A stretch of 61,829 nt of DNA from Phoronis australis. Lineage: Eukaryota > Animalia > Phoronida. Under the pieces are notes generated by a model. That model was not told the DNA's origin. It saw nothing but the letters and a program-made list of their open reading frames with translations, and searched no databases. Position 1 is the first letter of the stretch. Every line of letters starts with the position of its first letter. The stretch is from NCBI GenBank assembly GCA_002633005.1, contig NMRA01000006.1:670537-732365 (forward strand). Direction: 5' to 3'. The translations under genes were made by a program, and so were the position numbers. Shown piece after piece: positions 57,801 through 61,829 of the stretch.

Positions 57801-59247
57801 AAAAAAAAAATCTATAAAACATGAAATCCAAACTCTTGAATGCACTTCGAGGAGGAAGCCGATATAAATAATAGAAAAAATCAAACAAAATGATCATATC
57901 GGACATCGGAATAAAAAGTAGATGTTTCTCAAATCTAGAGATTGCCATTCTTTGTAATAAACTTGCATAAATTTCAGGAGGAATGTTCGAGTATGTGTCT
58001 AGCGCCAACTTCTTCGGGGAAATCGTAGAGTGGTTTGGATTTGCAATAGCGTGTTGGACTTCCATACCCGCGTGGGTGTTCGCGCTGCACACTTTGGCGA
58101 CGATTGGTAACAGAGGAGTCGCCCACCACAGGTTTGATATAACTTGTTAGTTTGCGTTTGATAATTGTAACTGGACATGACATGAATTGCCGGCCACGAC
58201 ACCAGGATTGTTCCGCACGATCAGGTTCTGCTTTCAAAATCAGTTACAACCACACCGTTAAACGTGTTCAGCAGAACAGTGCCTAGTTTTGGAGGGCATG
58301 TGTACTGAAGATTTGAAATGCAAATATACCGAGTTTCGTTTTCATAACAAACTAAACCAGCATATTTTTCCCCAACATCCCTTCATCTCCCAATCAGTGG
58401 AAGGATAGACTATCCTCACCCTGTCGAATACACGGGCCAACCTGACAAAAGACAGGTTCTCGGTGTAGCCAACTATAACCCACGAACCTGACGAACGCTT
58501 TTTGTTTTCGACAGCTGAAGAAACATATACATGTTGACTATGTGAATTAAGACCTGTTTCCATTGGTATGTAATGCATAATATATATAAATCGCTTTAGC
58601 AATCAAGTAAGAGATGTTTCCATGAGACAATTGTAATGCCCAATTCATACTGCGTTTATTTGAAATGGATCCCACCTTTCATGACATAACTTCAACTGCC
58701 AAAAACACATTACCCTGACAATTTGAGGATGGTTAGCAAAAGAACTGCCCACTCTGCCCCAGGTAAGGTACATGTCTATGCTTTCCCAAAAATAACATGT
58801 CAGCTATATGCAGTAATCTACATTCTCACAGCCTCATCTACAAGCAAGAAGTGCTGTATACACTCTGGAAATGTTTTAGTGCCACAATGTTTTTTTACTG
58901 GATTCACAGCACGGTTTGGCTGTAGACCCATGAATTTTTACCCTCGAATTATATTTTAAAAAGCGCCCCAAATCATTTTTTCTTAGAAAATACACCATTT
59001 TATACGGATAAACGGAAACATTAAGCAAAATGCATTCATCACAATGGATTTTAAACATTCCACATTATGGGTCTTTGAAAACAAGACTTAACAGTGTGAA
59101 AGTCAAATGCTATGCTTTCCAAAACATGGTTTAAACCAATGACTGCCAAACATTTACACCCAAAATTTATTCCGTTTCAGGTACTACATTGAAAAATTTG
59201 AAGATTATCCCAAGAACCGAAAAGCTGTCATTCCATGGGTGTGGTGA
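54872..59247 (+). CDS. SRD5A1: 3-oxo-5-alpha-steroid 4-dehydrogenase (SRD5A1/2-like), 266 aa
   Basis: Exons 54872-55182, 56041-56207, 57622-57723, 57978-58131, 59181-59247 total 801 nt. Motifs YGKH, WVVQEAPSF, HYCYRSIIYP, NIHSDYILRSLRKPG, YKIPKGGMFEYVSSANFFGEIVEW, HHRYYIEKFEDYPKNRKAVIP. Five-exon layout as in vertebrate SRD5A1/2. Orthology to A1 versus A2 is not resolvable, and the start ATG is inferred. Confidence 0.93.
55677..55797. repeat. (TG/CG)n alternating purine-pyrimidine microsatellite
   Basis: About 120 bp of mixed TG and CG dinucleotides in SRD5A intron 1. Confidence 0.95.
56425..56858. mobile_element. Older hAT-like MITE with degenerate 8-bp TSD
   Basis: GCAGTTAA|CATTGGCGTGGCCA ... 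TGGTTACACCACTG|GCTGTTGA. Confidence 0.55.
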
Positions 59248-59521
59248 TACGTGAGAAGTAGTGAGACTCCAATCCAGAATATGGTGTGCAATCTATCCAG
59301 TGTAATAATATAAAACAATAGCCATGTGACTTTTAACTTATCTATTGTCCTGTAACACTACAGAGCACACTGAACCATTTCCATGCAAGAAAGATGTCAC
59401 ATAATATTTCTTAACTCTTGGTGACTTGTTGGCACTAGCTCATCTGGAGTACACAGTCCACTATTAACACACCAATCCAATCACAGTAACGTAATTTATA
59501 AAACACCTAAGTTATCCTGGA

Positions 59522-60213
59522 TCACTTCACTTTACTCAGAATTTTATGGGCCACCTGCAAAAAATAAATACACTTATAACATATGTACACACAGTCACAC
59601 AACACTGAATTATCAGAGAGTTCTAGCAAAATTAGGTGTATGCAAGTATGTAAGTCTACGAGAAGAAAATTACGAATTGCACAATCGTGTCAGCACGAAA
59701 ACATTTGAAGTCATTCTTTAAAATGCCACTTTTCGCCAACATAGTTCGCAACAAAAACAGACAAATTTCTGTGTACATGGACATGCCTAATAAACAAACT
59801 GCTTTACTAGGAATAGCTGGACTTAGGAAAAAATACAAAATTTGTCTGAAGCAATGAACAATGTCTTGACATTGATATTAGATTCAAAACAGTATGTCTA
59901 CTGAATGTCAATGCAATACTTCAGCAATTGGTGAAGATGGATAAACAGGTGGCTGACTGCAACCCAGAAAATTTAGCAGAATACATTGTTTTTTTTCACA
60001 GTAATAAGTCATCGAGGAAGTTAGCAGAGCAACGCAAATGCTACAACTTACACAGTGGTCACGGGCATGAAGGAAGTCGTACAGCTCTTGGTCACATGTT
60101 TCCTCTGTTTTAGTCCGACTGTTCACGCGCTCCTCACATGCCCTTAGTTCGTCAGCGTATTTCTGGCATGCTTGTGAGTTACCACACTGCTCCATTAATT
60201 CTTCATGAGGATC
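59522..60213 (-). CDS. UQCRH: Cytochrome b-c1 complex subunit 6 (hinge protein), 3' portion
   Basis: Exon 60052-60213 (DPHEELMEQC...CEERVNSRTKTEETCDQELYDFLHARDHC) and last exon 59522-59554 (VAHKILSKVK*). The acidic N-terminal exons were not found in the window. Confidence 0.95.
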
Positions 60214-60493
60214 CTTGAACACAGATATAACATAGGACTGTTTAACACTTAACCAAAACAAAAGCAGATTCGGCTGAAGCAGCAATAAACCCATGCCCTC
60301 CATCAGAACACAACTTTCGATTTATTTTAGACAACTTGTCAACATCTATCCTTTTTGTTCCACACTCACATTAGACACGACTTCAAGGCTTCAGATGACC
60401 TGAAATTTTGATAGTGTTTGAGACAAGGTCATGACCTTTGCTTGTCACAGCCGATTACTTTCAGATGCTGAAGCAGCATGGCTGCCTTAAGAG

Positions 60494-60618
60494 AATTTCA
60501 GGTGTTTCATTGTAACCAATTTCAGGTGTTTCATTGTAACCAATTTCAGGTGTTTCATTGTTACCAATTTCAGGTGTTTCATTGTAACCAATTTCAGGGA
60601 TTTCATTGTAACCAATTT
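60494..60618. repeat. 24-bp minisatellite x ~5
   Basis: Unit AATTTCAGGTGTTTCATTGTAACC. Confidence 0.95.
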
Positions 60619-61601
60619 CTATTCAAGCATAGGATAATAAGAAAACAGAGCAAGTAAACTTGTGAAGAAAGTAATTTGTGAATGACTTATAAGTGGCTCT
60701 TCTATTTAGAACAAAATATGTCCCCAAAAAGGCATTTTATTTCGTCAGCGTTATCAACAAAACTGAATAATGTACCATGCAGCTGTGGCGGAAGAACATA
60801 CAGCAAGACTGGGAGCTTTTGCAGCAACAGAAAGACTTTACTCATAGAAAACATAAGGTAATTAATTTCACCAATTTTAGATAAATAATTGTCAAAAGTG
60901 ACTTTTTTACTTTCAAAATCTTCTAAGATTGTTGTGAATGCTCACACTTTCTCAAATCATTGTCTGGTTGTGCATATGGAAAGCCATTGACAGAGTCTAC
61001 TATCACAGTCCCTATAATCAGAATCACCATCATTTTAGAATCACCTTGGAGATTTCAAGAAACACTGCAGTGATTTCGAGAAACACTGCGCTGATTTCGA
61101 AAAATACTGCAGGGATCTCTTGAAACACTGCGGTGATTACTGAATAACCAATCATTTCAAGGGTTCTGCCTAGAATCACTATGATTTTGCTAACAGGAAA
61201 AGTTTGACTTTCTACAGACAGTAGTTATGGTACTGAACTTGCAAATTATACTGCATTTATTTGGTGCTACGTAGATTTTATGAAAAAATGAAATTTCCCA
61301 TATCCACTGTATCGAATAACAAATTGGTGAAATTCAACCGTATAAAACTTAACATGCATAGATTAAAAGAAAGCTGCTGGAAGCCGAATTAATATGGTAT
61401 TAATTTAAACTGCGGACCAAGATCTTATCTGTTGTTAAAACTATTCAAGCATTTGAACTACAATTCACTTGGAAACTTGGTGACATTATTTGGAGGTGGA
61501 CTTACAACTTTCTGACCAAATTTGGTCCAAAAAGATACATTACATAACAAGACTAGCATCAATTGGTCTAGGCAATGACCATCGCCTCTGTTGGCCCGAA
61601 C

Positions 61602-61829
61602 CAGAGGCGATGTAGAGGCTATAGGCACTCTGTACGCCGAAAAAGTTTCATAACGGGAGTATTTGTTCGAGTTGGAAGGACTTAAACACATCGACAACCT
61701 CCTAAGGTGTTCCTCTATGCGCAAAAGGTATTTATAACAACGTGACTTTGATGGTTTAGTCGGTGCGAGGCATAATTCGCCGAAAAGCTTCCGGCGTACA
61801 GAGCGCCTATAGCCTCTACATCGCCTCTG
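61602..61829. mobile_element. 228-bp MITE with 38-bp near-perfect TIRs
   Basis: CAGAGGCGATGTAGAGGCTATAGGCACTCTGTACGCCG ... CGGCGTACAGAGCGCCTATAGCCTCTACATCGCCTCTG. It ends at the window edge, so the TSD cannot be tested. Confidence 0.85.

Overview
Intron-rich, AT-rich eukaryotic genomic DNA from an animal, most likely a marine invertebrate (probably a lophotrochozoan, judging from the squid-DFPase-like gene and the repeat landscape; the species cannot be determined). Six genes alternate in orientation: the 3' end of RAE1 (+), RICTOR (-, 32 coding exons traced, one exon apparently lost at an assembly N), a complete 314-aa DFPase/SMP-30-like six-bladed propeller gene (+) head-to-head with RICTOR, ATP synthase F1 delta (-), a steroid 5-alpha-reductase (+), and the 3' part of UQCRH (-). 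Introns carry many non-autonomous DNA transposons (Kolobok-like, hAT-like, Helentron/HINE-like), a tRNA-derived SINE, minisatellites and foldbacks. Most notable: (1) the DFPase-like protein has lost most of its Ca2+ ligands and is a candidate pseudoenzyme, probably sharing a promoter with RICTOR; (2) four independent tandem repeats are built from an exon end plus its splice site, creating arrays of decoy splice sites; (3) a transposon carries an array of CTCF-consensus motifs at roughly 145-bp spacing; (4) an inverted pair of degenerate hammerhead-like Penelope-type repeats; (5) a possible reciprocal 3' overlap of SRD5A and UQCRH. Exon boundaries were read by hand from GT/AG and phase consistency, and protein comparisons use recalled reference sequences rather than a database search. 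No prokaryote-type system (CRISPR or similar) is present.
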